Shown: piece after piece, positions 36,978-45,568 of the stretch
Numbering within the stretch: position 1 is the stretch's first letter
Layout: each line of letters begins with the position of its first letter
Made by a program: the position numbers and the translations under genes
Notes under the pieces: generated by a model
Seen by the model: only the letters and a program-made list of their open reading frames with translations
Database searches by the model: none
Told to the model about the DNA's origin: nothing
Assembly: GCA_964639665.1 (NCBI GenBank)
Contig: CAZXEU010000045.1
Coordinates: 2,367 to 66,366 of the forward strand
DNA: 64,000 nt
Source: an uncultured Rhodothermaceae bacterium
GTDB taxonomy: Bacteria > Bacteroidota > Rhodothermia > Rhodothermales > Bin80
Reading direction: 5' to 3'

Positions 36978-37703
36978 ATGTCCAGAACCATCCTGATTAC
37001 CGGTGCCAGCACGGGCATAGGGGCAGCCACAGCGCTGCGACTCGCCCGTGGCAACAGGCTGCTGCTCCACCATCATCAGACGCCCATTGACCCCGTGGCG
37101 AAAGTCGTCCGTGAAAAGGGCGGCGAGGCCTGGGGCCTCAGGGCCGACCTATCAGCAGAGTCCGGTTGCCACAAGCTGATGGACGCCGTGCGCGATCATG
37201 CGGAATCGCTGGATGTCCTGGTCAATAATGCCGGTGCTTTGCTCGAGCGTCACAGTGTCGAAACGGTCCGCTGGGAATTGATGGAGAGGATTTTCTCGCT
37301 GAACACGTTTTCGGCGATGCTGCTGACGCGGCTGGCCGTGCCGCTGCTTCTTCGCGGCACGAGTCCGTGCATCGTCAACGTTACTTCCGTGGCCGCGCGA
37401 AACGGTGCGCCGACCGCCACACTCTACGGTGCAGCAAAAGGCGCCCTCGACTCCTTTACGCGCGGCTCCGCCAGGGAGCTGGCTCCGCGGATCAGGGTAA
37501 ATGCCGTAGCTCCGGGGATAATCCTGACACCGTTCCACGAGAGATATACCTCGCCCGAACGCCTGGATGCGATGCTTGCCAGTACCCCGCTGGGCGAACA
37601 CGGCGAAAGCGAACACATTGCCGACGCCGTAGCATTCCTGATAAAGAACACGTTCGTAACCGGCGAAACTGTCGACGTAAACGGCGGCCTGTTCATGCGT
37701 TAG
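36978..37703 (+). CDS. SDR family oxidoreductase
   Basis: ILITGASTGIGAATAL is the TGxxxGIG motif. NNAG is present, and YGAAK is the catalytic YxxxK motif. Confidence 0.88.
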   Translation: MSRTILITGASTGIGAATALRLARGNRLLLHHHQTPIDPVAKVVREKGGEAWGLRADLSAESGCHKLMDAVRDHAESLDVLVNNAGALLERHSVETVRWELMERIFSLNTFSAMLLTRLAVPLLLRGTSPCIVNVTSVAARNGAPTATLYGAAKGALDSFTRGSARELAPRIRVNAVAPGIILTPFHERYTSPERLDAMLASTPLGEHGESEHIADAVAFLIKNTFVTGETVDVNGGLFMR

Positions 37704-37931
37704 GCCGGCAGCATCGGCAAACAGTGCACGTTCGTGTTCCGCGCTGCCCGGAAACAGATCACGGGCGCGCGTGTCCAGCCGAGCACACAATCCCCGTCGC
37801 GGGGCGACCGGGGCTCTGACGGCCGAATATGCGACTCCTCGCTCCGCAGCGGCGGCGGCCCATCGCACCCTTCAGGCAACGAATCAGGCGTGAAAGCAGC
37901 CTTGTTCGCAACTGGCGCAGAAGCTGCCCGG

Positions 37932-38525
37932 CTACTCGGCGACCGTAAACGGGGCCAGCATCACGGCTGTGTCCCACATGAGTGCCAGCGTGCCCCCCGT
38001 CTCCGTAACGTCCACGAAGCCGATCGTGAACTGGTCCACAGACCTGTCAGCCTGCTCGACTGCCATCGGCATCCGTACCACATCCTTGTCGTCCGTGTAG
38101 TTGTAGGATCCCCACAGGCCATCTCCGGGGTCGCGGCCCGACTCCTTGGCCTCGTGCGAAGAAAGGATAAGCGTGGTTGCATCCTGGGACAACTCCACGA
38201 ACAGGCTGTATTCTCCTGCCGGCAGCGCCTGATCTCCGAAGTGGAGAGCCGCCTCCGTCACGAAGCGGGTGGACTTGTTGGCACCGGCACGCCATACGGG
38301 CGCGCCGCCGGTGACCGTCGCTCCGCGCGACTCGCCCTCGCCGAAAATACCGGTCCGGCCACGCAGTATCGGCCGGCCGTAGTCCACCATGATCCACTTG
38401 CCCGAATCAAAATCCCCGAGTTGCGTGGCAGCCTCTCCCCTGGGTGAAGCAATTGGCTGGGCAGCGGCCATGTCGGCGAAAAGAAGCAGCCCTGCAAACG
38501 AGACTAGAAAAGAAAGCTGGCGCAT
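37932..38525 (-). CDS. DUF2911 domain protein, secreted
   Basis: ORF trimmed to ATG at 38525 (MRQLSFLVSFAGLLLFADMAAAQ). ...IMVDYGRPILRGRTGIFG...APVWRAGANKSTRF...LPAGEYSLFV matches the DUF2911 pattern, recalled from memory. Confidence 0.65.
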   Translation of the reverse strand: MRQLSFLVSFAGLLLFADMAAAQPIASPRGEAATQLGDFDSGKWIMVDYGRPILRGRTGIFGEGESRGATVTGGAPVWRAGANKSTRFVTEAALHFGDQALPAGEYSLFVELSQDATTLILSSHEAKESGRDPGDGLWGSYNYTDDKDVVRMPMAVEQADRSVDQFTIGFVDVTETGGTLALMWDTAVMLAPFTVAE

Positions 38526-38644
38526 GGAATGTCCTCCCTGGTTTCTGATAGCGGGACGTGGATATTCCCTTGTGTTCACGGAGTTCCTTGGGCGTAAATG
38601 AGGGCTCAGGCCAGCGCTCGCATGCGCGCCCGCCCAACTACCTC

Positions 38645-39928
38645 CTACCTCGCATCGTGCCTGAATACCTCGCCGTCCTTCATGACAAAGGACACCTCGC
38701 GCAGCGCGGCGAGATCCGCGAGCGGGTTACCCGGCATGGCGATAATATCGGCTGCAAGCCCTTCCCGTATGGCTCCGCGCTCACCAGCGAGCCCCATGAC
38801 TTCGGCCGCGTTCGTGGTCATCATTTTCAAGGCGTATACCGGCGGCAGCCCTGCTTCCTCGAAATTGTCCAGGTATTTCAGCGTGAGGCCTCCCCTGTCT
38901 TCCCCATCCATGACATACACGACATCGGAGCCGAAAGCCATGGGCACATCAAGCCTGTAGGCCCGGCGCAGCCGGTCAATGAACTGTGCATGCAGACTTT
39001 CTGCCTCCGCCTCTGAAGTGCCATGAAAGGTCTGCATTATGGCCTCAACCGTGAATTCCGTGCCGACCAGATAGACATGGTTGTCCCGGGCCATCGCGAG
39101 AGCCTCGTCCGACATGTTGGTCCCGTGCTCGATAGAGGCCACGCCAGCAGCTATCGCATTGCGGGCCCCCTGTTCGGTCCACGTGTGAGCCGCAACGAGG
39201 AGCCCTGCCTTGGCAGCTTCTTCTACCACAAATCGTATATCGTCCGTCGAATAGATATACGGCTGATCATCCACTACCAGCTTGATGAGCGTTGCTCCAA
39301 AGTGGATGTTCTCCCGGATGGCTTTCTTCAATTCATCCCGGGTATCGGCGTAGAAGTACTCGGGGCTGCCTAGATCCGGCTTGTCGTGCTGCAGCTGAAA
39401 CTGGCCTCCGAATGGAGCGATGATGCGGCCTGCGTTCTGCATGGTGGGTCCCGGTACCAGGCCTTCTTCAATGGCCCGGCGAAGGTCTGTGTCGGCGTAG
39501 TTGCCGCCGTTACCAATATCCCGGATGGTCGTAAAGCCGGCTCGCAGCATGGCCTGCGCATTGGCGACACCCTGAATGGCCCGGTAACCCGTGGGATCAA
39601 GCAGGCTCGTGAAGAAGAAATTGCCTGCATCGCGCTCGTGCCTGACATTGAGGCACATGTGCGTGTGCGCATCAAAGAGTCCGGGCATCACGGCATGGTC
39701 GCTCAGATCGAATACTGTTGCATCCGGCGGCACAGGGATCCTGGAGCCCACGGCTGTGATGCGGCCATGCTCAATCACTATGGTCTGGTCTTCCAGTACT
39801 TCACCTGCGGCCGGATCCACCAGGCGGCCGGCCAGAATCACAGATGCCTGCCCGCGTACGTCAGCGGCGCCGGCCAGAAGCAGGATCGGGCAGAGCAGGG
39901 AAATCAGGCGAGGCTTGCGGCTATGCAT
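38645..39928 (-). CDS. Amidohydrolase family protein (imidazolonepropionase/Xaa-Pro dipeptidase-like), secreted
   Basis: ORF trimmed to ATG at 39928 (MHSRKPRLISLLCPILLLAGAADVRGQ). VMPGLFDAHTHM is the metal-binding HxH motif, and ...AAHTW...IEHGT fits the family. Confidence 0.85.
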   Translation of the reverse strand: MHSRKPRLISLLCPILLLAGAADVRGQASVILAGRLVDPAAGEVLEDQTIVIEHGRITAVGSRIPVPPDATVFDLSDHAVMPGLFDAHTHMCLNVRHERDAGNFFFTSLLDPTGYRAIQGVANAQAMLRAGFTTIRDIGNGGNYADTDLRRAIEEGLVPGPTMQNAGRIIAPFGGQFQLQHDKPDLGSPEYFYADTRDELKKAIRENIHFGATLIKLVVDDQPYIYSTDDIRFVVEEAAKAGLLVAAHTWTEQGARNAIAAGVASIEHGTNMSDEALAMARDNHVYLVGTEFTVEAIMQTFHGTSEAEAESLHAQFIDRLRRAYRLDVPMAFGSDVVYVMDGEDRGGLTLKYLDNFEEAGLPPVYALKMMTTNAAEVMGLAGERGAIREGLAADIIAMPGNPLADLAALREVSFVMKDGEVFRHDAR

Positions 39929-40079
39929 TGGGAATCTGGATTGGATCGCGATAGTCGGGTGCGGATCAAGGTAGGCCAAGCTCGCACCAACTGCACGCGC
40001 ACGGCAGCGCCGGCCAGACCGGTACTTTGCCGCGGGATCCGGGCCCGTGGCCTGCAGAGGCCTTGCCAGGTCAGGGGTC

Positions 40080-40976
40080 CTAATCCTTGCGGGCCGATAT
40101 GGGCTGCCTGGCGGGCGGGTCATAGAGCAGAGGAAAGAACCGTCCTTGCATGGTTTCTCCCCGCGGGACGACGGGCACGCCTTTCAGGAGCGGTGCATCG
40201 CTGTCTGATCGGACGCCGTCGCGAAAGACGTTGAGAACCGTTGCACGCCGGGGCCGGTCTGTCCGGTTTGCGAACGATCCGTGTACAAGATGCGGGTGAT
40301 GAAAGGTGGCCTCTCCTGCCCGCAGCGGTACCGCAACGGGCTTGAAGGCTGCCCGCTGCTCGTCCGTCAGGACGGCCTCGATGGCGTCCATGTCCGTGGC
40401 CAGTCCGGTGATCGGGAGCAGCTTCCAGTGGTGGCTTCCGGGCACGTAGTGCAGACACCCGTTTTCCGGAGTTGCGTCATCCAGCCCGATCCAGCACGTC
40501 AGGTGGCGCATCGGCCTGGTGCGCGTCCAGTACGAGTAGTCCTGGTGCCAGGCCACCACACCTCCATGACGAGCCGGCTTGCAGAAGAGCTGGTCATGCC
40601 AGAATCGAACGGCGCCTCCTACCAGCTGGCTTGCCGGCACAGCAAATGCCGGATTCCAGAGCAGATCGTGGAATGCTGGCCTTGTGCGCCAGGCTACAAG
40701 CGCGTGAAACAGCCGATTGTCCGGATCTCCGGACTCGTTGATGTGATATTCGTGCCACAAATCACTTCCTCGGTGTCCCGGCTTCATCAAGTCCGCCAGC
40801 TCAAGCCTCAGGGCCGCCACCTGTTCGCCTGAAAGCACGCGGACGCCCGCCAGGTATCCGTTCTCCCGGTATGAGGCTACCTGCGCGTCGCTGAGCAGGT
40901 AGTGCTGAACGCCCTGTGACGGGCCTTCAAAAAGCCCCGAAACGAATCCGTGGACGCGGGAAAGATCTTCGGCCAT
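40080..40976 (-). CDS. Phytanoyl-CoA dioxygenase (PhyH) family Fe(II)/2-oxoglutarate-dependent oxygenase
   Basis: ...ENGYL...[10 protein letters not shown] has the HxD motif, and ...[17 protein letters not shown] has the distal His. The start lies 2 nt after the stop of the upstream gene. Confidence 0.8.
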   Translation of the reverse strand: MAEDLSRVHGFVSGLFEGPSQGVQHYLLSDAQVASYRENGYLAGVRVLSGEQVAALRLELADLMKPGHRGSDLWHEYHINESGDPDNRLFHALVAWRTRPAFHDLLWNPAFAVPASQLVGGAVRFWHDQLFCKPARHGGVVAWHQDYSYWTRTRPMRHLTCWIGLDDATPENGCLHYVPGSHHWKLLPITGLATDMDAIEAVLTDEQRAAFKPVAVPLRAGEATFHHPHLVHGSFANRTDRPRRATVLNVFRDGVRSDSDAPLLKGVPVVPRGETMQGRFFPLLYDPPARQPISARKD

Positions 40977-40978
40977 GA

Positions 40979-43978
40979 CTATCTGAGTGAATGGAGGTAC
41001 GTTACGACATCAACCAGGTCCTCGCGGGACATCAGCGGTGTGAGATCCGGCATGAGAGACTGCTCAAGCCGCTCCGACGTCAATACTTCCGTTCGGGCAA
41101 TCGTTCGCTCGAGGCCCGGTGCCATGCGCAGCACCACATGATCAGGGCCTGCACCTACTTCATAGCCCGTCACCTGAGCTCCGTCCAGAAGCGTGAGTCT
41201 GAGCCCCTCGTAGCCGTAACTGATGCCCGCCGCCGGGTGCAGTATCGCCACAAACAAGGCCTCCTCGGTCAGTTTTGATCCGATGCCGGACAGGCTTGGC
41301 CCGAAGGTCGAGACACCGTGGCATTCATTGCAGAAAGTGGCGTACACAACCTCTCCGCGCTCGGCATTGCCGGCCGCAGCGACGAGAGAGCGCAATGGCG
41401 GCAGGGGCCGGGCATTTCGGTCAGTAGGCAGGCCCAGCAGCTGTTCTGCTTCCCTTCTCACTTCCACGGACCAAACGTTCAGAAGAACGCTCGCCGCGCT
41501 GGATGCCAGTGGTTCAGGCAGGCGGCCGTTCCGCGCCAGGCCCAGCAACCGCTGCTGGCCTGCAGCCGAACGCGCAAGCGCTCGCGTGGCCTGGCGGCGC
41601 ACATCTGCGGCATACTCCTCGGACAACATGATCTCTTCCAGCAGTTGCTGCGCAGCAGGCAGGCCGATGCCTTGAAGAAGACGCACTACGGAGGCCGTCT
41701 GACCTTCCGCAATGGCCTCCCTGAACGGATCTGGGCCGCGAAGCGCAAGAAGCGCGCGGGCAGCGCGTTGCTCCAGCTCCGGCGTGGCCCCGCCAAAGGC
41801 CATCGCATGCAGCTCGCCCGCAGAACCCCCATTCCCGAAGCGTTCCACCAGGTCGAGAAACGCCGGGCTGCCCGCGTTCAGGTGCAGGGCCTCGGCAAGC
41901 AGCACAGTGTCAACGGGTATAGCCGCCAGATGCCGTAGCGCCCGGTGGAGTTGCGCAGCGCGGTCTACCCGCACACCCACCAGGACATCCTGCAGGAGCG
42001 CGTGCTTCTCCGGGCCTCCGTGGAAGTCGAACGCACGAAAATACCGATCTCGCTCGGACATATTCCGCGTGGTATCGCTTGCCAGCCGGGCAAGAAAGGG
42101 CAGCGCCCTGGTCGTGCGGGCCCGCCAGATTATATCCCGTCCCGCGGGCGTGTCCCACTCCTCTTGCGTTTCCAGCCACGCGGGAAAAAACCGATCCCAC
42201 TGGCCCTCTGCCCCGATGCCCAGCGCCTCCAGGTACCACCGATCCGATCCATCGTGTCGTTCAGCCAGATCCGCCCAGGCCCGCGCGGCCTCAGGGTGGG
42301 GACTCCCCCGCAGCGCAAGTGCCGCTTCACGCCGAACGCGTGCGGACGTATCCCGCGCTTGCTCCGCTGCCAGCGGCGCCATTGCGATGCCCAGACTTCT
42401 GGCAACGCGCAAGGCGGTTGCCCTGAGATCGGGGTCAGGATCCCTCAGGGCATCTTCCAGGTGGCTTTTTCGAAGCCTGCCCAGCAGCCAGAGCGCCCGT
42501 GCCCGGCGGCGGGAATCCCCATTTTCCCATAATTCAACAAGTGCTTCTTCGGCTCCGGCACCCCATTCCTCCAGAGAGAGAAAGGCCTGCGCCTGCGCAT
42601 CCATATTGGGATTTGCAAGCGCCCGCACAGCGGCTTCCGGCGTTTGGTATGCCGGCGCGGCCACTTCATACTTCGAATCGGGCGGTGCCACGCGGTAAAT
42701 GCGCCCCCGCTGCTGATCCACGGCCTGATTGCCGCCGACCGTTGCATCATACCAGTCCGCCACAAACAGGGAGCCATCAGGTGCCACGGCTACATCGGAT
42801 GGTCTAAACCACTGGTCACGCGGGCTTCGCAGGATATCAACCACCCTAGCCCGATAGCCCGCCCCGCTAACGGTCAACGGATATGCCCTGACTACGCCGG
42901 GAGATGCGTCCGCATGTATCAATTGGCCCCGAAATGGCTCCGGCAGCAGCTCGCCCTCGTAGACCGCTATGCCGGCTGGAGATCCTGCGCCGGTTATGAG
43001 CACATTAGGCACGACGCCCGGATCCCGCTGGTGCCAGTGCCGCGCAGGGATCTCGTCGTGCATGCCGGTTCTGGGCATTCTCCAGTGGGCACCCGTTACT
43101 TCGTCGAGGTACCCGAAATTGCCTCCTTCCATCACATAGACAATGCGCGCAGCACGGTTGCCGTCATCGTCGTTGTCGCTCTGCCACATCATGCCGTAGG
43201 CATCCACGGCCACTTCGTAGCTGTTGCGAAAGTTGTGGGCGAGCACTTCCACGTTCGAACCATCAACTGCGGACCGGAATACCATGCCTTCACGGTAAAG
43301 GCGGCCGGAAGCGATGACGGAACCTGTAGCACTTGCTGCCACCGGCCTCCCGTCGGAATCCATCAGCTGGCGACCCGCATTGCCGTAGTTGAAGTAGAGC
43401 TTCCCGTCCGGCCCGAACACGAAGGCATGGACGCCGTGGTCATCCTGCAGGCCGCCAATCCCCGTAAACAGCGTGTCCTTGCTGTCAGGACGGTCATCAC
43501 CGTCATTGTCCGTGAAGACGAATACATGCGGGCTGCTGGACACCAGAACCCGGTTTCCGTAGACCAGTATCCCCAGCGCCGCGTCTATGTCGCTTCCCTG
43601 GTAGTAGACAACGCGTCTGTCTGCCGCGCCGTCGCCATCCTCGTCTTCCAGAATCACGATCCGGTCTCCCATTTCCTGGACCGCGTGATGGGGATTGTAG
43701 TCCGGCCTGTAGTTTACGGCCTCGCATACCCAGACCCTTCCGCGGTCATCGATGGCCAGATTGGTCGGGTTTACAATCATCGGCTCGGCGGCAAAAAGCG
43801 TGGCCGCAAGGCCGTCTGCTACCTCCAGATTCTCCAGGGCGAATTCGGGCGCCCTTCTCGGGTCATCCGACCCGAGGTCCACGTCCGGCAGGCTGCGGCC
43901 GCAGCCCGCGCACAGTGACACCAGCATTACCGCAAGGGAAAAGCAGATGTAGGGCCGCTTGTCGCAGGGGACCGCCAT
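40979..43978 (-). CDS. PVC-type heme-binding membrane-bound dehydrogenase-domain protein (beta-propeller, HEAT repeats, C-terminal cytochrome c), lipoprotein
   Basis: The track ORF opens with GTG at 44098. ATG at 43978 gives [26 protein letters not shown], a lipoprotein-like signal. [10 protein letters not shown] and DNDGDDRPD propeller loops are followed by HEAT-like repeats and C-terminal CNECHG...GPSLSGIG. Confidence 0.85.
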   Translation of the reverse strand: MAVPCDKRPYICFSLAVMLVSLCAGCGRSLPDVDLGSDDPRRAPEFALENLEVADGLAATLFAAEPMIVNPTNLAIDDRGRVWVCEAVNYRPDYNPHHAVQEMGDRIVILEDEDGDGAADRRVVYYQGSDIDAALGILVYGNRVLVSSSPHVFVFTDNDGDDRPDSKDTLFTGIGGLQDDHGVHAFVFGPDGKLYFNYGNAGRQLMDSDGRPVAASATGSVIASGRLYREGMVFRSAVDGSNVEVLAHNFRNSYEVAVDAYGMMWQSDNDDDGNRAARIVYVMEGGNFGYLDEVTGAHWRMPRTGMHDEIPARHWHQRDPGVVPNVLITGAGSPAGIAVYEGELLPEPFRGQLIHADASPGVVRAYPLTVSGAGYRARVVDILRSPRDQWFRPSDVAVAPDGSLFVADWYDATVGGNQAVDQQRGRIYRVAPPDSKYEVAAPAYQTPEAAVRALANPNMDAQAQAFLSLEEWGAGAEEALVELWENGDSRRRARALWLLGRLRKSHLEDALRDPDPDLRATALRVARSLGIAMAPLAAEQARDTSARVRREAALALRGSPHPEAARAWADLAERHDGSDRWYLEALGIGAEGQWDRFFPAWLETQEEWDTPAGRDIIWRARTTRALPFLARLASDTTRNMSERDRYFRAFDFHGGPEKHALLQDVLVGVRVDRAAQLHRALRHLAAIPVDTVLLAEALHLNAGSPAFLDLVERFGNGGSAGELHAMAFGGATPELEQRAARALLALRGPDPFREAIAEGQTASVVRLLQGIGLPAAQQLLEEIMLSEEYAADVRRQATRALARSAAGQQRLLGLARNGRLPEPLASSAASVLLNVWSVEVRREAEQLLGLPTDRNARPLPPLRSLVAAAGNAERGEVVYATFCNECHGVSTFGPSLSGIGSKLTEEALFVAILHPAAGISYGYEGLRLTLLDGAQVTGYEVGAGPDHVVLRMAPGLERTIARTEVLTSERLEQSLMPDLTPLMSREDLVDVVTYLHSLR

Positions 43979-44116
43979 CGGAGCCGGCGCCCGCAGTACG
44001 CCAAGACAGGCAATCGCCCGCCGGGCGGACGCGGCAGTTGCGAATTTCTTCACATTCAGGTATCGTAAGGAGCGCCTCAACGGCCCTTTCATCACCACCC
44101 AAACCCCAATGCTACC

Positions 44117-45568
44117 ATGTCCGGTTCTGTCAAGCGTGACAAGCTATTCTACGGCAGTTGTCTGGCCCTCCTTACAACGGCGTTCGCGTTTACGGTTATT
44201 ACCGGGATCGCATTCTCGGTAAAGCAGGAATTTACGCTCACGAATGCTCAGCTGGGCGTGTTTACCGGCGTTTTCTTTATCGGCTTCACCATAAGCCAGG
44301 CAATCTTCTCGCCGCTTTGCGACATCATCGGTATGCGTGCCATCGTTCGCGGAGCTTTTGTCGGCCACATCTCCGGAGCGATCCTCATAATGGTCGCGCA
44401 AGGCTACGGCATGGCCGTGGCGGGCTCGCTTATGGCAGGCCTGGGCGCCGGGCTTGTCGAAGCCGGATGCAATCCGCTGGTGGCGGCGCTCTACCCGGAC
44501 AACAAGACGCCCAAGCTGAACCACTTCCACATGTGGTTTCCGTACGGCAATTTGTTGGCAGCCATAATCCTCACGCTCGTATTCGCGCAGCTTGGTATCG
44601 GCTGGCGCGGGCAATTGATGCTCATTCTGATTCCGGCACTCGCCTACGGTGCGATGATGCTCATGGAGGCGTTTCCGCCAACCGAGGGTGTCAGCGCCGG
44701 CGTCTCCGTGGGAGAGTCATTCAAGGCGCTCTTTGCGCCCATCATGCTCATCATGATGCCAATGATGCTTCTGACGGCTTCCATGGAGCTGCCTCCCAGC
44801 AGTTGGGTGCCGGCCGTATTGCAGGCTGGAGGCATAAACGGGCTCCTCGTGTTCGGATTCGTCTTCGGCATCATGGGCACGTTGCGCCTGTTGGCCGGCC
44901 CTGTCGTTCGCGCGCTTACGCCGACGGGGATACTTCTCGCGGGAGCAATCCTGGCCACGGTGGGCCTTTATCTCTTTAGCATGGCCGAGACCCTGATCAT
45001 GGCCTTCGCCACCGCCGCCATCTGGGCGGTCGGCATCGCATACTTCTGGCCCACCATGCTCGGCTTCATTTCGGAGCGCAACCCCAAGAGCGGGGCCCTC
45101 GGTCTCGGCGTCATGGGCGCGGTAGGCATGCTGGCTTCCTTCCTGGTTACTCCGTGGCTGGGAGATATTGCGGACAGGGAAGGACACGGCCAGCTGCCGC
45201 TCTCCGAAACCGTGGCCGTATTCGACCAGGTCATGCGAGACTTTCCGGACATTGCAGAGACGGCGGGCGATCAAGCCGGCGACATTGAATTGACCATGGA
45301 CGTCACCGATGCGGTCCTGGCCCAGTATGACGAGACCGGCTCCCTCCCGGAGGGTGAAACGGCCCAGGCCCTGCGTGAGATTATCAGAACCGGCGCCGAT
45401 TCACCGGCCGTTGGGGACGCAGCTGCAATCCTGAACCCCGCCGATAACTATGGTGGCAGAAGGTCCTTCCGGACGCTGGCACCGGTCGGCATCATCCTCA
45501 TTATCGTATTCGGCATCCTGTTCATTCGTGACCGGATGGCAGGGGGCTACAGGCCCGAGAAGCTTTAG
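44117..45568 (+). CDS. MFS transporter with a long acidic insertion before the last TM helix
   Basis: Hydrophobic multi-TM protein (MSGSVKRDKLFYGSCLALLTTAFAFTVITGIAF...). An acidic soluble segment of about 104 aa (DIADREGHG...NYGGRRSFRT) separates the last two hydrophobic helices. Confidence 0.8.
   Translation: MSGSVKRDKLFYGSCLALLTTAFAFTVITGIAFSVKQEFTLTNAQLGVFTGVFFIGFTISQAIFSPLCDIIGMRAIVRGAFVGHISGAILIMVAQGYGMAVAGSLMAGLGAGLVEAGCNPLVAALYPDNKTPKLNHFHMWFPYGNLLAAIILTLVFAQLGIGWRGQLMLILIPALAYGAMMLMEAFPPTEGVSAGVSVGESFKALFAPIMLIMMPMMLLTASMELPPSSWVPAVLQAGGINGLLVFGFVFGIMGTLRLLAGPVVRALTPTGILLAGAILATVGLYLFSMAETLIMAFATAAIWAVGIAYFWPTMLGFISERNPKSGALGLGVMGAVGMLASFLVTPWLGDIADREGHGQLPLSETVAVFDQVMRDFPDIAETAGDQAGDIELTMDVTDAVLAQYDETGSLPEGETAQALREIIRTGADSPAVGDAAAILNPADNYGGRRSFRTLAPVGIILIIVFGILFIRDRMAGGYRPEKL

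Noticed and set aside
42644-43918. 424-aa plus-strand ORF, plus 41712..42698 (328 aa), inside the PVC-type dehydrogenase gene
   Set aside because: Antisense shadow ORFs, Ser/Arg/Ala-rich or Val/Arg-rich and without motifs. The minus-strand frame carries clear propeller, HEAT and CxxCH features.
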